Assembly (NCBI RefSeq): GCF_006345805.1
Contig: NC_043014.1
Coordinates: 12,276,001 to 12,340,000, forward strand
Direction: 5' to 3'
DNA: 64,000 nucleotides
From: Octopus sinensis
Taxonomy: Eukaryota
How positions within the stretch are numbered: the first letter of the stretch is position 1; each line of letters begins with the position of its first letter. The translations under genes were made by a program, and so were the position numbers. Positions 38,282 to 51,424 of the stretch are shown in pieces. The notes under the pieces were generated by a model. It did not search any database. It saw nothing but the letters and a program-made list of their open reading frames with translations, and had not been told where the DNA came from.

Positions 38282-38349
38282 ACTACTACTTTTACTACTA
38301 TTACTGCTGCTGCTGCTGCTGCTGCTACTGCTACTACTACTACTACTAC

Positions 38350-38400
<51 letters not shown>

Positions 38401-38403
38401 TAA
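38282..38403. repeat. (ACT/GCT/AAT)n microsatellite
   Basis: Direct reading. Confidence 0.95.
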
Positions 38404-38744
38404 TATTTCTTTCTGATATAGGCACAAGGCCTGAAATTTTTGGGGTAGGGTAATCGATTATATTAACCCCAGTACTTAACTGACACTTATTTTATCGACT
38501 CCACAAGGACAACAAAAGGCAAAGCTGACCTCAGCTGAGTTTGAATTCAGAACATACAAACTCCACCAAGGTCAACTTTGCCATTTCAACCCTTCACAGG
38601 CATTGGGGTCAATGTAATTGATTAGCCCATCTCCTCCAAAATTTCAGGCTTAGTGCATATAGTAGAAAGGGATGTAATCGACAGATCTCCACCTCCCACA
38701 AGCTGCCCTTGTGGCAAAAATTTGAAATAGTTATTTCTGCCTTA

Positions 38745-39065
38745 GCGAAGGCAGAGGTATTGTTTTCAGTGATGTTTGTTTGTTTGCTTGTTTGTCCAAG
38801 GACAAGATAACTCAAGAACTGCAGGATGGATTCAGATGAAACTTTCAGAGATGTTTGGCCCTGTGACTGGCATGAACTGATTAGATTTTGGGATCAATCC
38901 AGTACTGGACAAGGACTCTGGATTATTTTCTGATTTTTTACTTAATTTTTGAGAGCAGTCAGATTCATTTTTAGCATTCTCATTTTAAAAATCATCTCCG
39001 GCTAAACGTTGGGAGGACGGTGTTGGTGCCTCGGCACAGGTTTGCACACTCTGAGTGCTTGTTAT
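38745..39065. mobile_element. DINE-1/HINE-like (Helentron-associated) non-autonomous element
   Basis: tctgccttagcgaaggcaga hairpin, (gttt)n tract, ctctgagtgctt end; classification by recall. Confidence 0.4.
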
Positions 39066-39090
39066 TATTATTTAGATTTAAAAAACTTAC

Positions 39091-39161
39091 CAGCTGCTTC
39101 ACACCTTTCAGTACCAGTCGACTTATTTACAACAGCTAACTTCTTTGTGATGGCAACATTT
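39091..39161 (-). CDS. Exon of the coiled-coil gene
   Basis: gttacag| and |gtaagt; phase 2-1; NVAITKKLAVVNKSTGTERCEAA. Confidence 0.72.
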
Positions 39162-39464
39162 CTGTAACAGCAGAGATAACAGTTATTAATTAATTAGCAA
39201 AACAGTCAGTCATCTTTTACAATTTTTGTGTTAACATGAATTGTGAGATATCTTGTGCATGTCTTTGCATTCGTGTGTATTTCTTCAACTTGAGTGAGTA
39301 CAAATATAGAAGCATTGGTATCAGTGGTTGGTATGTGTCTACACACACACAGAAATAAGAATGGTAGATACCATAGCCACTCATAATATAGAGGAGTACT
39401 GGTGGAATGTCCCAGTGAAAACCTCAATAAAATGTAAACAATAGACTTGATATAATGATTTAGG

Positions 39465-39760
39465 ATGTTTGTTCCTTCTCGAGCCATGCCTGGCTCATAA
39501 GGGCCGGTTTCCGGTTTCCTTGGCATATAGGTTCCCAACCTGCACGGGAGGCTGGTCCGTCGCAGGTGGGCTGCAAGATGCAGGAGGAAAGAGTGAGAGA
39601 AAGTTGTGGCCAAAGAGTCAGCAGAAATTCGCCATTACTTTCTGCCGGAGCCGTGTGGAGCTTAGGTGTTTCACTCATAAATACACACATCGCCCGGTCT
39701 GAGATTCGAACCCGCGATCCCTCGACCGCTGCTCTAACTACTAGGCCATGTGGCTCCACA
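39465..39760 (-). mobile_element. V-like tRNA SINE
   Basis: Related to 3904-4215. Confidence 0.75.
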
Positions 39761-39769
39761 ATGATTTAG

Positions 39770-40065
39770 GATAGAGAAGAGAAACTGTGTACAGTTGTGG
39801 AAATCAGCTACCCAATGGATGTTAACAAAGCTACAGATCAGTGAGAAAGAAAATACCTATGTTGAACTTTTGAGAAATCTGCAATTTATCTAAATGACAA
39901 GTTCAGGTTTATACCTGTAATTATTGGAGCACTGGGATATGTAATACACTGCCTAAATACCTGTCTGGAGAAATTAGGCTTCTCAAAACCAGAAAGGAGA
40001 AGGCTGATTTGAAGACTACAGATCCAAGCCATCACTGGAAATGTAAAAATCTGGAAAAGTCCTTA
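39770..40065 (+). pseudogene. R4/Dong-type restriction-like endonuclease C-terminal fragment
   Basis: VVEISYPMDVN..EKENTYVELLRNL..KFRFIPVIIGALGYV. Confidence 0.7.
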
Positions 40066-40943
40066 GGGATCAGAAAGCATGGAATAATATCATCACAAGA
40101 GTCCATCATCCAGCAGCGCCCACAGTAGTGTATTGGTTGAGAGGGCAGCTTCCCCTTTCAGTTGTCAGTCAGGGATTTTTTTATTTTTATTTTTACTGAA
40201 CCCAAAACCATATGGTTGCAAAGAGAGCTTCTTAACCCTTTAGTATTCACAACCCTAACCCTAACCCTAGCTACATGGTTTCAGGTTCAGTGCCACTGCG
40301 TGGCACTTTGGGCAGGTGTCTTCTGCTATAGCCCCGAGTCAACCAAAGCTTTGTGATTGAATTTGGTAGGTGGAAGTTACTGCCATGTGTGTATGTGTGC
40401 GTGCAGGTGCTCAGTGCCTCTCCGAGAGGGAGAGAGGGCTTACTCTGTCAAAAGTCATGCCTGGTAAGTTCTAGCAGTTTATCATCTAAGTATATGTATA
40501 AGCATGTCTAGATATGCAAGTAGATGCAATGAGGAAACACTGTAGTGGGAGGATTCGGACCACCTCACAAAGTGACTAAAGGTGGACAGACTCATTGTTA
40601 TAAAGCAAAGAACTGTGAGTGATTGGCAGTTTCGGTTGGTAAGCAGTTTACTGTGAGCCCTGATTGAAAGCATTGAATCTCGTGCAATAGAGATAGTAGT
40701 GCATCATGTAAACACTTTCTTTCCCCCTGCTCCATTAAATTATATATCCAATATACAAGGATATAAAACATACATAAAAAAAACATACAAATCTGTATGT
40801 ATACACACATCCATACATACAAACAAACTAACAAAACATACTGTGTTGTTGATGTTGAAATTCCAATGAAGGTGCCGTGGATCTAGATTACAAACTGGCT
40901 CTTTCTCTAATGGCAAGAACACTTGAAATATAACTGAATAATG

Positions 40944-41021
<78 letters not shown>

Positions 41022-41149
41022 CCTCTATCTCTTTCTTTCACTCCCTCTGACTAGGGTAACCATGTACCACCTCTCCAGCAAGACAGCTGTTTCTGTCTCT
41101 CTCTCGCACTCTGACCTCTCATCACCTTACAGATGATCACCTTTTCTCA

Positions 41150-41940
41150 AAGGATTTTTGTCTTGCAAATTACTTGGTGACCACACTGGTGCTGGTGTCA
41201 CATAAAAAGCATTCAGTCCATGCTGTAAAGTGGTTAGCATTTGTAAGGGCATCCAGTAGTAAAAACCATGCCAAAGCAGACTTTGCCAGTGCTGGTGTCA
41301 TGCAAAAGGCACCCGGACCACTCTGGAAGATAGGAAGGGCATCCAGCCATAAAAACCATGCCGAAACAGACAGTAAAGCCTAGTGCCAAATCCTGTCAAA
41401 CCATCCAACCCATGTCAGCATGGAAGATGGACATTAAATGGTGATGACAAACATCATCATCATCATCGTATAATGTCCAACCCATGCTGGCATGGGTTGG
41501 ACAGTCTGACACAGAGCTGGCCGGCCAGCTGGGAGCTATGCAGACACTAATTGTCTGATTTGGCATGGTTTCTACGGCTGGATACCCTTCCTAATGCCAA
41601 CTTCTTAACAGTGTGCTGGGTGCTTTTAATGTGCCAGTGACATGGGTGCTTTTTATGTGGCACATGGACTTGAAAAGACAAGCTTGTATGGGTACATTTT
41701 ACATGCCACTGGCATAGGTACCATATCATCATCATCATCATCGTTTAACGTCCGCTTTCCATGCTAGCATGGGTTGGACGGTTCAACTGGGGTCTGGCAA
41801 GCCCGAAGGCTGCAACAGGCCAGTCAGATCTGGCAGTGTTTCTACAGCTGGATGCCCTTCCTAACACCAACCACTCCGAGAGTGTAGTGGGTGATTTTAT
41901 GTGCCACCGACACAGGTGCCAGACGAGGCTGGCAGACGGT
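41150..41940. mobile_element. Cluster of three RTE 3' ends in both orientations
   Basis: Family motifs and (CAT)n tails. Confidence 0.75.
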
Positions 41941-42469
41941 CAACATATGACATTGGTAAAAGCCACAACTACACTTACATGGTTGTTTACTTATGGGGAT
42001 GTAAACAAACCAATACTGGGTGTTGAGTGGTGGTGGGGAGGACAAACAGACAACAAGACTGGCTTCTTTCTGTTTCTATCTACCAAATCCATTCACAAGG
42101 CTTTGGTTTCGCCTGGGGCTATAGCAAAAGACACTTACCCAAGATGCTACACAGTGGGATTGAACCCAGGAAAAGGTGGTTGGGAAGCAAACTTTTTACC
42201 ACACAGCCATGCCTACATGACACTAGCAACGGCCAATACCACAGTTTCACTTGGCTTGATGAGTCCTCTCAAGCACAGCATATCACCATGATCTCGGTCA
42301 CTTGTCATCACTTTTTCACTTAGCAATTTTACTTAGCTTGACGTGGCTTGTCAGGTGCAGCAAATTGCCATATCTCTTGAGCTATTACTAGCTGAAGTAA
42401 CAGTAGTCGCCTGGATGCTAATTCTGTGGACATGGTTCTGTTTATTTGTAAAACGAAATGACTTAGACA

Positions 42470-42862
42470 TACTCTTTACTCGTTTACTTGTTTCAGTCAT
42501 TTGACTGCGGCCATGCTGGAGCACCGCCTTTAATCGAGCAACTCGACCCCGGGACTTATTCTTTTGTAAGCCCTGTACTTATTCTATCGGTCTCTTTTGC
42601 CGAACTGCTAAGTAACGGGGACATAAACACACCAGCATCGGTTGTCAAGCAATGCTAGGGGAACAAACACAAACACACATATATAAATATACATATATAT
42701 ACGACGGGCTTCTTTCAGTTTCCGTCTACCAAATCCACTCACAAGGCTTTGGTCGGCCCGGGGCTATAGTAGAAGACACTTGCCCAAGGTGCCACGCAGT
42801 GGGACTGAACCCGGAACCATGTGGTTGGTAAACAAGCTACTTACCACACAGCCACTCCTGCG
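42470..42862 (-). mobile_element. CORE-type SINE, full length
   Basis: Head to tail match. Confidence 0.9.
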
Positions 42863-43025
42863 CTACAATTTTTCATGTAGCTGTTCATGTATATTTGTCT
42901 TCATGCACACATGCATCATCATCATCATTGCAGGATTTGAACTCAGAACGTAGCGACAGGCAAAATACAACACTAACGATTCTGCCAGCTCACCACCTTA
43001 ATGATGATGGTAATAATGATGAATA

Positions 43026-43687
43026 TGTAAGAGTTAGCACTTCCTTCTCTAAGCTTGGATTTGAAATCGGATCCAAGAATCATCGATTGTCAAATACCAA
43101 TGCATGCAAAGGCGTGAAATTAAGATTCCTTTGTTCTGACAAAAAGTGATTGATCGTCTCCCTTTGACCTCCGACCTGAGCCATGTCAGGCGAAGTTCAA
43201 GGGGACGAACGATGATCTACTTAAACAGTAACTGTGTTGCGATATATCTATTTTTCTGGCTATTTGAGATTTTATAAATAGAACGGAAAAATCGGCTATA
43301 CACAGAGAACCGGAGCTGACATTAAAGCAGACACTACGCGTTTTGGAGACGACTAGAGAATATGCCTAAAGGTGACTGTCCTGAATGATTTACTCACACA
43401 CACGCAAACATATTCTTCTTTAATATGTATTCTGTACAAGCATTCTTTAATATGTATTCTGTACAAGCATTCTTTAATATGTATTCTGTACAAGCATTCT
43501 TTAATATGTATTCTGTACAAGCATTCTTTAATATGTATTCTGTACAAGCATTCTTTAATATGTATTCTGTACAAGCATTCTTTAATATGTATTCTGTACA
43601 AGCAATGCGTAGCATTGCTTACAAAATTTATGTAGTGTAAATAAATCTCTATTTAATCATGAAACAACTTATGTATTTATTAATACA
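43026..43687 (+). mobile_element. LTR-like element containing a 27-bp tandem array; related to 60327-60753 (-)
   Basis: TGtaagagttagcacttcc.., shared ccatgtcaggcgaagttcaa, TATA-like ttataaata; no clear TSD. Confidence 0.55.
43416..43604. repeat. Seven identical 27-bp tandem units
   Basis: ttctttaatatgtattctgtacaagca. Confidence 0.97.
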
Positions 43688-43724
43688 TACACACATCCAC
43701 TACAAATATATACATCCTCTTTTA

Positions 43725-44095
43725 TCTTTTACTTGTTTCACTCATAGGACTGTGGCCATGCTGGGGCACTGCCTTGAAGAACTTTTAGTCGAATGAATCA
43801 ACTCTAGTACTTGTATTTTTAAACCTGATACTTTTATTCTATCAGTCTCTTATGCCAAACTGCTAGCTTATGGGGATGTAAACAAACCAATACTGGGTGT
43901 TGAGTGGTGGTGGGGAGGACAAGCAGACAACAAGACCGGCTTCTTTCTGTTTCTATCTACCAAATCCATTCACAAGGCTTTGGTTTCGCCTGGAGCTATA
44001 GCAAAAGACACTTACCCAAGATGCTACACAGTGGGATTGAACCCAGGGAAAGGTGGTTGGGAAGCAAACTTTTTACCACACAGCCATGCCTACAC
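43725..44095 (-). mobile_element. CORE-type SINE, diverged
   Basis: Family match; 3' 226 nt duplicated at 41991-42217. Confidence 0.8.
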
Positions 44096-44182
44096 CTTTA
44101 CAGCCACACCGTCATTTAACTTCATGTGCAAAAGTACTAAAATACATTTTCTTTTACTCTAAATTGAGTTACAAGTAAAAAA

Positions 44183-44578
44183 AAGGAGTGGCTGTGTGGT
44201 AAGTAGCTTGCTAACCAACCACATGGTTCCGGGTTCAGTCCCACTGCTTGGCATCTTGGGCAAGTGTCTTCTGCTATAGCCCCAAGCCGACCAATGCCTT
44301 GTGAGTGGATTTGGTAGATGGAAACTGAAAGAAGCCTGTCGTATATATGTATATATATATAAGTGTGTGTGTATGTGTTTGTCCCCCTAGCATTGCTTGA
44401 CAACCGATGCTGGTGTGTTTACGTCCCCGTCACTTAGCGGTTCGGCAAAAGAGACCGATAGAATAAGTACTGGGCTTACAAAGAATAAGTCCCGGGGCCG
44501 ATTTGCTCGACTAAAGGCGGTGCTCCAGCATGGCCGCAGTCAAATGACTGAAACAAGTAAAAGAAAAGAATAAAAGAA
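44183..44578 (+). mobile_element. CORE-type SINE, full length
   Basis: Head to tail match. Confidence 0.9.
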
Positions 44579-44618
44579 TAAAACTGCTGATATAAGTGAA
44601 GACAGAGCATAGACTTAC

Positions 44619-44826
44619 TTGTGAACTGATAATTCCTTCTTCAGGTCTTCATTATTCTTCAATGAATTCAGAAGCTTCTGCTGTAGAGTCTCTAATTTGC
44701 GGTGAAGTTTTGCCTTTTCGGCCTCCAGTGTGACAATAGCCAGCTGGTCAACAACGCCACGTGATGGGATCACATTCGATTTATGTGGACTGGATGGTTT
44801 TGCAGGGACTTCCCTTTTGATGCTTA
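44619..44826 (-). CDS. Exon of the coiled-coil gene
   Basis: tttacag| and |gtaagt; phase 1-2; SIKREVPAKPSSPHK..LEAEKAKLHRKLETLQQKLLNSLKNNEDLKKELSVH. Confidence 0.88.
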
Positions 44827-45165
44827 CTGTAAATATTAAAAAGAAAAAGAAAAGTTTAGAGAGGAAGGAAGGAATGATACAGAAAGTGGGAGAGAGTAAC
44901 AGGAAGAGACATAGAATAAAAGAGGGATAACAAGGTGGAAATGAGGAAAAACAATGAGAAAAATTCCCTTTCATCTCTCGCATGTCTCATAATTCACAAA
45001 CCCCAGCCTGTTGTATCTCACTTCCTTAAAATAATACAGCTTTCACATATTTTGTTATCAAATCACCAACAATTTAAATTGACCCTCTAACTGTACAATT
45101 GCCCACTTCATTATCAATAAATTTGCAACATAAAAACCTCTAAAGCCACTAAAGATATATATACA

Positions 45166-45561
45166 CTAGCAGTATCGCCCGGCGTTGCTCGAGTTGTAAG
45201 GGAAATAACTATATAAGCATTTTTAGAGAGTTATAGCCAAAAAATAGCAAAAAAATGCATTAAAAATTGAAAAAAAATTAAGGTAAATTTTTTTTTTAAA
45301 TCGTTGACACATCGTAGATATTTTTAGAGAGTTACTTCCCTTATATAAAAGCGAAAAAAATGCATTCAAATGGAAAAATATGATGGTAAATTTTTTTAAA
45401 ATCGTAGACACATCGTAGACGCGCGCTAATACCCAGAAGGGCTCGATATGAATCACGACTATAAGATACCCGCTTTTGGTTAAACTGCACCGCAAAATGT
45501 GGGAGTAGTAACGGATCTAAATCGTAGGAGACAGACACACAACTTCACTCTTATATAAAGA
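45166..45561 (-). mobile_element. Non-autonomous Helitron, same family as 10572-10874
   Basis: a|TC...hairpin CTAG|t, internal duplication. Confidence 0.85.
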
Positions 45562-46389
45562 TGCTTTTTTTTTTCAGTCATAGAGTTAGATTTATGAAGG
45601 TCTTCAGTAGAAAATCCTTCGAATTCTGACTCGCTGCTTGATATAATGAAATTCGTATCCATTTTTTGTCAGAATTACAAATTTTGAAAACACAATAGGA
45701 ACAAATTTCAGAAAAAAATCTCCCATAATTCACGGAATTAAAATTACACTTCGATTTTTGTACAAAACTGTATTTAAAGTGTTTACGAAGTATAATACGT
45801 GTTTTCACGAATGTACTAAAGAGATTTACTCTGATATTCTCATTTAAATATGAATAGGTAAATTCGGGCAGTTTGGTAACGAAAGGGTTTATATAAGTGT
45901 CGTCTGTTTATACATAAACACTGTTTCATACTTTCAGTTTAGTCTTCCTCAAATCACTTGCTATTTACTCTCTTTTGTCGCTATTTACTCTCTTCCAAGA
46001 ACATTTTCACTCACTCTTATCTGTTAGCTTGCCATACATTTTACTCATGTATCTATCAGCGTGATAGACAGAAACAAATATTACATCTAGTTTCACTTTA
46101 TTCGTTGCACACTGTGCGTTTGCGTGTGCTGTAAACCAGACTAAGAAAAGCATTTGACATACACACCAGAATGTGAGTTTTCTGTAAATTTTGCTTAATT
46201 GGAGTTTAAATTTTAAAAACTGGACCTGGCAAAACCCGATGCATTCTACTCTTAAAAATGCTAGGTAAATTGTAATTGAAGAAATCCTATATTGTAGATT
46301 TCTATAACTGACAAAGGGAGGCAGATAAAATCTGCCTTTTATAATAAGAGATACATACACACACACACATATATATATATATGTATAAT

Positions 46390-46607
46390 TCTTTTACTTG
46401 TTTCAGTCATTTGACTGTGGCCATGCTGGAGCACCGCCTTTAGTCGAATCAAATCAACCCCAGGACTAATTCTTTGCAAGCCTAGTACTTATTCTATCAG
46501 TGTCTTTTGCTGAACCGCTAAGTTACGGGGACCTAAACACACCAGCATCAGTTATCAAGCGATGTTGGGGGGGGACAAACACAGATACACAACACACACA
46601 CACACAC

Positions 46608-46653
<46 letters not shown>

Positions 46654-46817
46654 TATATATACGATGGGTTTCTTTCAGTTTCCACCTACCAAATCCACTC
46701 ACAAGGCTTTGGTCGGCCTGAGACTATAGTAGTAGACACTTGCCCAAGGTGCCACACAGTGGGACTGAATCCAGAACTATGTGGTTGGTAAGCAAGCTAC
46801 TTACCACACAGCCACTT
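46390..46817 (-). mobile_element. CORE-type SINE, full length
   Basis: Head to tail match. Confidence 0.88.
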
Positions 46818-47211
46818 CTGCACACACACACACACACACACATATATATACTCACATACACACGTGAATTAATAGTTGCACATTGCACTTTGTGAACAAC
46901 ATCATTGGTTACAGGTTCTTGACAGGTCAGTCACTGGTTCCTACATTTTTTTCTAACAAGGGATTGTCTGTGTGACTTGATGAAACAAACATCACAAGGG
47001 ATTTTTCTTAAAAAAACGCATTTATTCTTAGAAATAGATTAAACAGGATCTTAAAAAAAAAAGTCTTCACTGTCATTTTCTCCAAGTCACACTTGCCTCA
47101 ACAAATAGTTTCAAATGTGACATTCGTCAACAAAAGGCAAGCTGTGAAATACACTTTAAGCTTTTAGCATTCAGATTAATCTGCCAAAAGCAATGCTTAT
47201 GTATTCACATT

Positions 47212-47650
47212 CATCATCATCATCATCATCGTTTAACGTCCATTCTCCATGCTAGCATGGGTTGGACAGTTCGACCGGGGATCTGGGAAGCCAGAAGGCT
47301 GCACCAGGCCCAGTCTGATCTGGCAGTGTTTCTACAGCTGGATGCCCTTCCTAACGCCAACCACTCCATGAGTGTAGTGGGTGCTTTTTATGTGCCACTG
47401 ACACAGGTGCCAGACGAGTCTGGCAACGGCCACGATCGGATTGGTGCTTTTTACGTGCCACTGGCACGGAAGCCTGTCAAGGCGGCACTGGCATCGGCCA
47501 CGTTCGGATGGTGCTTTTTATGTGCCACCGGCACGGAAGCCAGTCTAGGCGGTGCTGGCATCGGCCACATTCGGATGGTGCTTTTTATGTGCCACCAGCA
47601 CAGGGATCACAACTGCAGTTTCCATTGATTTTTGATGTTGTTGTACTTGA
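47212..47650 (-). mobile_element. RTE 3' end inserted in a piggyBac-type MITE
   Basis: Family motifs; MITE halves at 47160-47211 and 47660-47830. Confidence 0.78.
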
Positions 47651-48016
47651 CTCAATTGTTTTCAATTAATCATGTTATTATCTCAGCTTTGGGATTTCAA
47701 TGGTATGATTGTTTTTTTTGAGAACTGCATTGTAGGGTAGGTGTAAGAAGCTGGATCTGGCCAAATGAACACAAAAATTAGTAGAATATATAGACCAGAC
47801 ATGGCTAGTTTAAATGCTAAAGGGCTAAATTTATTTCATGAGGTGTCTAAATTTTAATTAGACAACTTCAGCTCGGCCATGTTCTATAACCAGTTTTCTC
47901 TCAACTCATTAGTATTCCATTGCTCATACACATTAACTCTCTCAGACTTGGGGCCCCTGTGTCTAACTTTACCCTCCACCTGGACTCCTGAGCAAAAGAA
48001 AATAAATAGTTTCATA

Positions 48017-48310
48017 TCATCATCATCGTTTAACGTCTGTTTTCCATGCTAGCATGGGTTGGATGGTTCAACTGGAGATCTGGGAAGCCAGAAGGCTGCG
48101 CCAGGCCCAGTCTGATCTGGAAGTGCTTCTACAGCTGGATGCCCTTCCTAATGCCAACCACTCCGTGAGTGTAGTGGGTGCTTTTTATGTGCCACCGACA
48201 CAGGTGCCAGACGAGGCTGGCAAACGGCCAAGATCGGATGGTGCTTTTTACGTGCCACCGGCACGGGGGCCAGACGAGGCTGGCAACATCCACAATCGGA
48301 TGGTGCTTTT
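48017..48310 (-). mobile_element. RTE 3' end
   Basis: Family motifs. Confidence 0.8.
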
Positions 48311-48452
48311 TATACAAGGCAAACTAATGGACGGAATCACAATAGAATTGGGAGAATAATAATAATAATAATAATAAGCCTTTCTCTCAACCACTGAATT
48401 CGTTTATAACAGATTCAGGAGAATAACAATAATATGCCCATCTTTCAACTAC

Positions 48453-48602
48453 CATATCTGTTCATGTGAATCACTGCTTTCCTCATTACTTTTGCCAGTT
48501 TGATTGTCCAAATCACTTTCATTGTCTGAGTAAGGTTAAACTCTTCATCCACAGAACAACTGTATTTTCCAGCAATCCTAATATCATCAATAATTTCCTT
48601 AA
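48453..48602 (-). CDS. Possible cassette exon of the coiled-coil gene
   Basis: ttttgcag|, 150 nt, phase 1-1, open frame; weak donor gtagtt; an internal acceptor in another frame is also possible. Confidence 0.3.
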
Positions 48603-49004
48603 CTGCAAAAAGTCTCGGCCTTGCCACGTTTACAAGACAAAGTGCTATACTCACCACATGCTCAATTTCATCACAAAATCATTTTTCCCCCTCAATTAAA
48701 ACCAAAAATAAACAATAATTATGAGAACACCATTAACAATGAACCATAAACAACATATTTGACTGCAAAGCTGCCACATGATCAGTTGTCTAATTTTAGT
48801 ATTTTGTCTTCTATTTCTATGTGCGTTGTTCATTACAGCTTTAACACTTTCGTTCCCAACCTGGCTGAAACTGGCTCTGGTTCTGAGTACAAATGTTTTG
48901 TTTTTATAAGTTTTGAATTAAAATCTTCCGCCAAACCTTAGTCACAATTTATGTTCCTAACACTAGCTTAATGATGACTAAATTATTTTACCAAATTTTT
49001 TGTT

Positions 49005-49310
49005 GTCTATCTATCTATCCGCTCAGTCGAAGTCAACTCTCGGTTACTCATTGGATCAGTGTCCTCCAGTCAGTTCTATCCTGGGCCGCTTCTTTCAGAT
49101 TGGCTATGTCCATTCCGGTATCACTCTTGATGGTGTCAAGCCAGTGGGTTCTTGGTCGGCCTCTTCCTCTCCTGCCACTTACCATTCCGAGCATGATGTC
49201 CTTCTCCAGGGATTTTCTCCTCATAATATGACCGAAAGATGCCAATCTATGCTTGGTGATCCTAGCTTCTAGCGATATTTTCGGCCTGATCTGCTTAAGA
49301 ACTTCTCCAT
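49005..49310 (-). pseudogene. RTE-BovB-like ORF C-terminus nested in a TTAA MITE (48843-49379; intact copy 58558-58782)
   Basis: RLASFGHIMRR..LEKDIMLG.VSGRRGRGRPRTHWLD..AAQDRTDWR; TSD ttgttgt; (gata)n tail. Confidence 0.88.
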
Positions 49311-49637
49311 TTGTTGTATTTAAAGTAATTGAAATAAAAACAGAGCATCTCAAAATAAATACAGTAGCGAAAGGGTTAACAGGAATCTTGTGGAGATTTT
49401 AAAAAGTTATTCCTGCTATTGCGATAACATGGCATGATAAGGTTATCATTACTTATTCAGCAAAGCATGCTTGTTTCATTTCTTCCTGGTCATCACAAAT
49501 CCTCAGCATTTAAGGATGATGTGTTGTTACCTACCATGCAGCATCTTTTCACTTGTTTCAGTCATTGAAGGGTTTTTGTCAAACAAATCAACCCCAGGAT
49601 TCTTATGTTTTCCTAAAAGTCCAAGACGTATTATACT

Positions 49638-50517
49638 TGTAGTGACACTACTGTGTAAGGTTCAGCGCACATGCACAGAATTGGGTTACTTCCGGTTGGC
49701 CACCGGAAGTTTCCCTCATGCGCATGTGCAGGAAGTGAAACCAAAAAACACTGACCGCTAAATCCTTCTTCCTTTCTGGCATAAGCGGCGCTAGCGGACG
49801 GACGTGTCTTGACTTTCACTCAGAGAACCTCACCCCAACGAATCGTTTTGACTCGCAACAAATAAGCATCGCAATCAGTCCTGCGGATTCGGCTGCCAGG
49901 TTCCCACTAGAGATACACGTGCACTCATTCTTGCCTGTGACCGAGAATAAACCACCATTTACTGTTGTAGTGACGTCATATTCCAGTGTGCGCACACGCA
50001 ACGTCCTTCTTCAGTGCGCATGTGCGGGGTTGGAACCTTCTAGAACCTTCTGGAAAGGCATAGGGAAGTTCCCTCATGTGCATGCGCTGGAGACTGAAGG
50101 GGACAGTTACTAGGGCGTTTTCCTTAATAGCGCCGAGACGACCTGCTCTGTTGCTGTTGAATATCTGTTGCTGCTGAATTGTTGTAACAAGCTTACAAAC
50201 GTTAAAATTCAGCCTTGCTATTTCGCACCTAGTGGATACCAAGATACTAACGAACTTCTTTTGTAAATAAGAAAATAAAGAGTTATATATATTTTTTAAG
50301 GTTGCGTTACTTGTTCCTGACTGGTAGTCTCTGGAATCTAAAGAAAGGAAATTGTGTTGCATCCAAGTTGCACCCCACAGGTGTAAAGAAGCAACCAGTT
50401 CCCTTTACACTGTTATCGAAGACCGCCTGACATTGTCTCTGTTTACTCTACTTAAATTGTATGTAATGGGATCAGATTGGACACCCCTCCAGTGTTCCCG
50501 AACCTAATCCTGTTACA
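49638..50517 (+). mobile_element. Solo LTR with a second solo LTR (49966-50409) nested inside
   Basis: Both TG...CA; inner TSD ctgt; outer flanks tact/taca. Confidence 0.88.
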
Positions 50518-50869
50518 TACAGTTCTCTTTTACTGAACCAGGGACATAACAAACCAACACTAGTTATTAAGTGATGGTGGAATACAAACCCACACACACA
50601 CACACACACACATATATACACTATGAGCTTCTTTCAGCTTCCAGCAACTAAATTCACTCTCAAGACTTTGGTTAGCCCAGCATTATAGTAGAAGACACTT
50701 GCCCAATGTGCCATGCAGTGGGACTGAACCTAGAACCAATGTGGTTGGAAGCCAAATACCATACAAAAACCGTACAATTTTCCCTTCACAGTGAAGGAGA
50801 AACCTTTTGTTGCACGCAAGCATAATAGCCTCCTGAATTTTTAATATTCTGTTCTTACTCAGGTGATTA

Positions 50870-51170
50870 TACTTTCAAAACATTCCCGTCCACCATTAAT
50901 TAGGTCACCTAGATAACAGAAGCCACCAGTTATTTCTTGAGCACCTTCCAGATATTTGAGGTTACCTATTAACTGTGTGCTGTTAATACTTAGTGTGTCT
51001 CTACACCTGCAACAGAGAATTTACCTTGCTTTTTAGCCAGCTTATGATCTCACTACATTCCTTTGTGTCCTTATTGCTTAGACTGGGCATACCAAAGGGA
51101 ATTTCCGCCAATTCCTTTTCTACATTTCTAAGAACCCATTCGGTCACCTAGAAAGTTTCCATCTGAGGCA
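50870..51170 (-). pseudogene. Decayed RTE RT fragment
   Basis: KCRKGIGGNSLW and FCYLGDLINGGREC-like remnants. Confidence 0.6.
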
Positions 51171-51424
51171 CAAGTCCAGGCAATTGTACATGCATGCCAG
51201 TCTCCACCTCTCCATGCCACCAATGTTGCCCAAGGGAAAGGCAAAGGTCAATACAGCTTGTCACCTGGGGCAACTCATTTCTACACCTGAGTGAACTGGA
51301 GCAACATGAAATGAAATGTTTTGCTCAAAAACACAATACACAGCCCAGTCCGGGAATCAAACTCACAACCTCACAACTGTAAGCCTGGTGCTCTAACCAC
51401 TGAGCCATGCATCTTCATTGTAAC

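Noticed and set aside
39206-39340. Alternative terminal exon after a gtgtag acceptor
   Set aside because: Frame is ambiguous, and a canonical exon at 39091-39161 fits better
40251-40269. (CCCTAA)3 telomere-like tract or telomerase template
   Set aside because: Too short and embedded in a MITE/SINE junction
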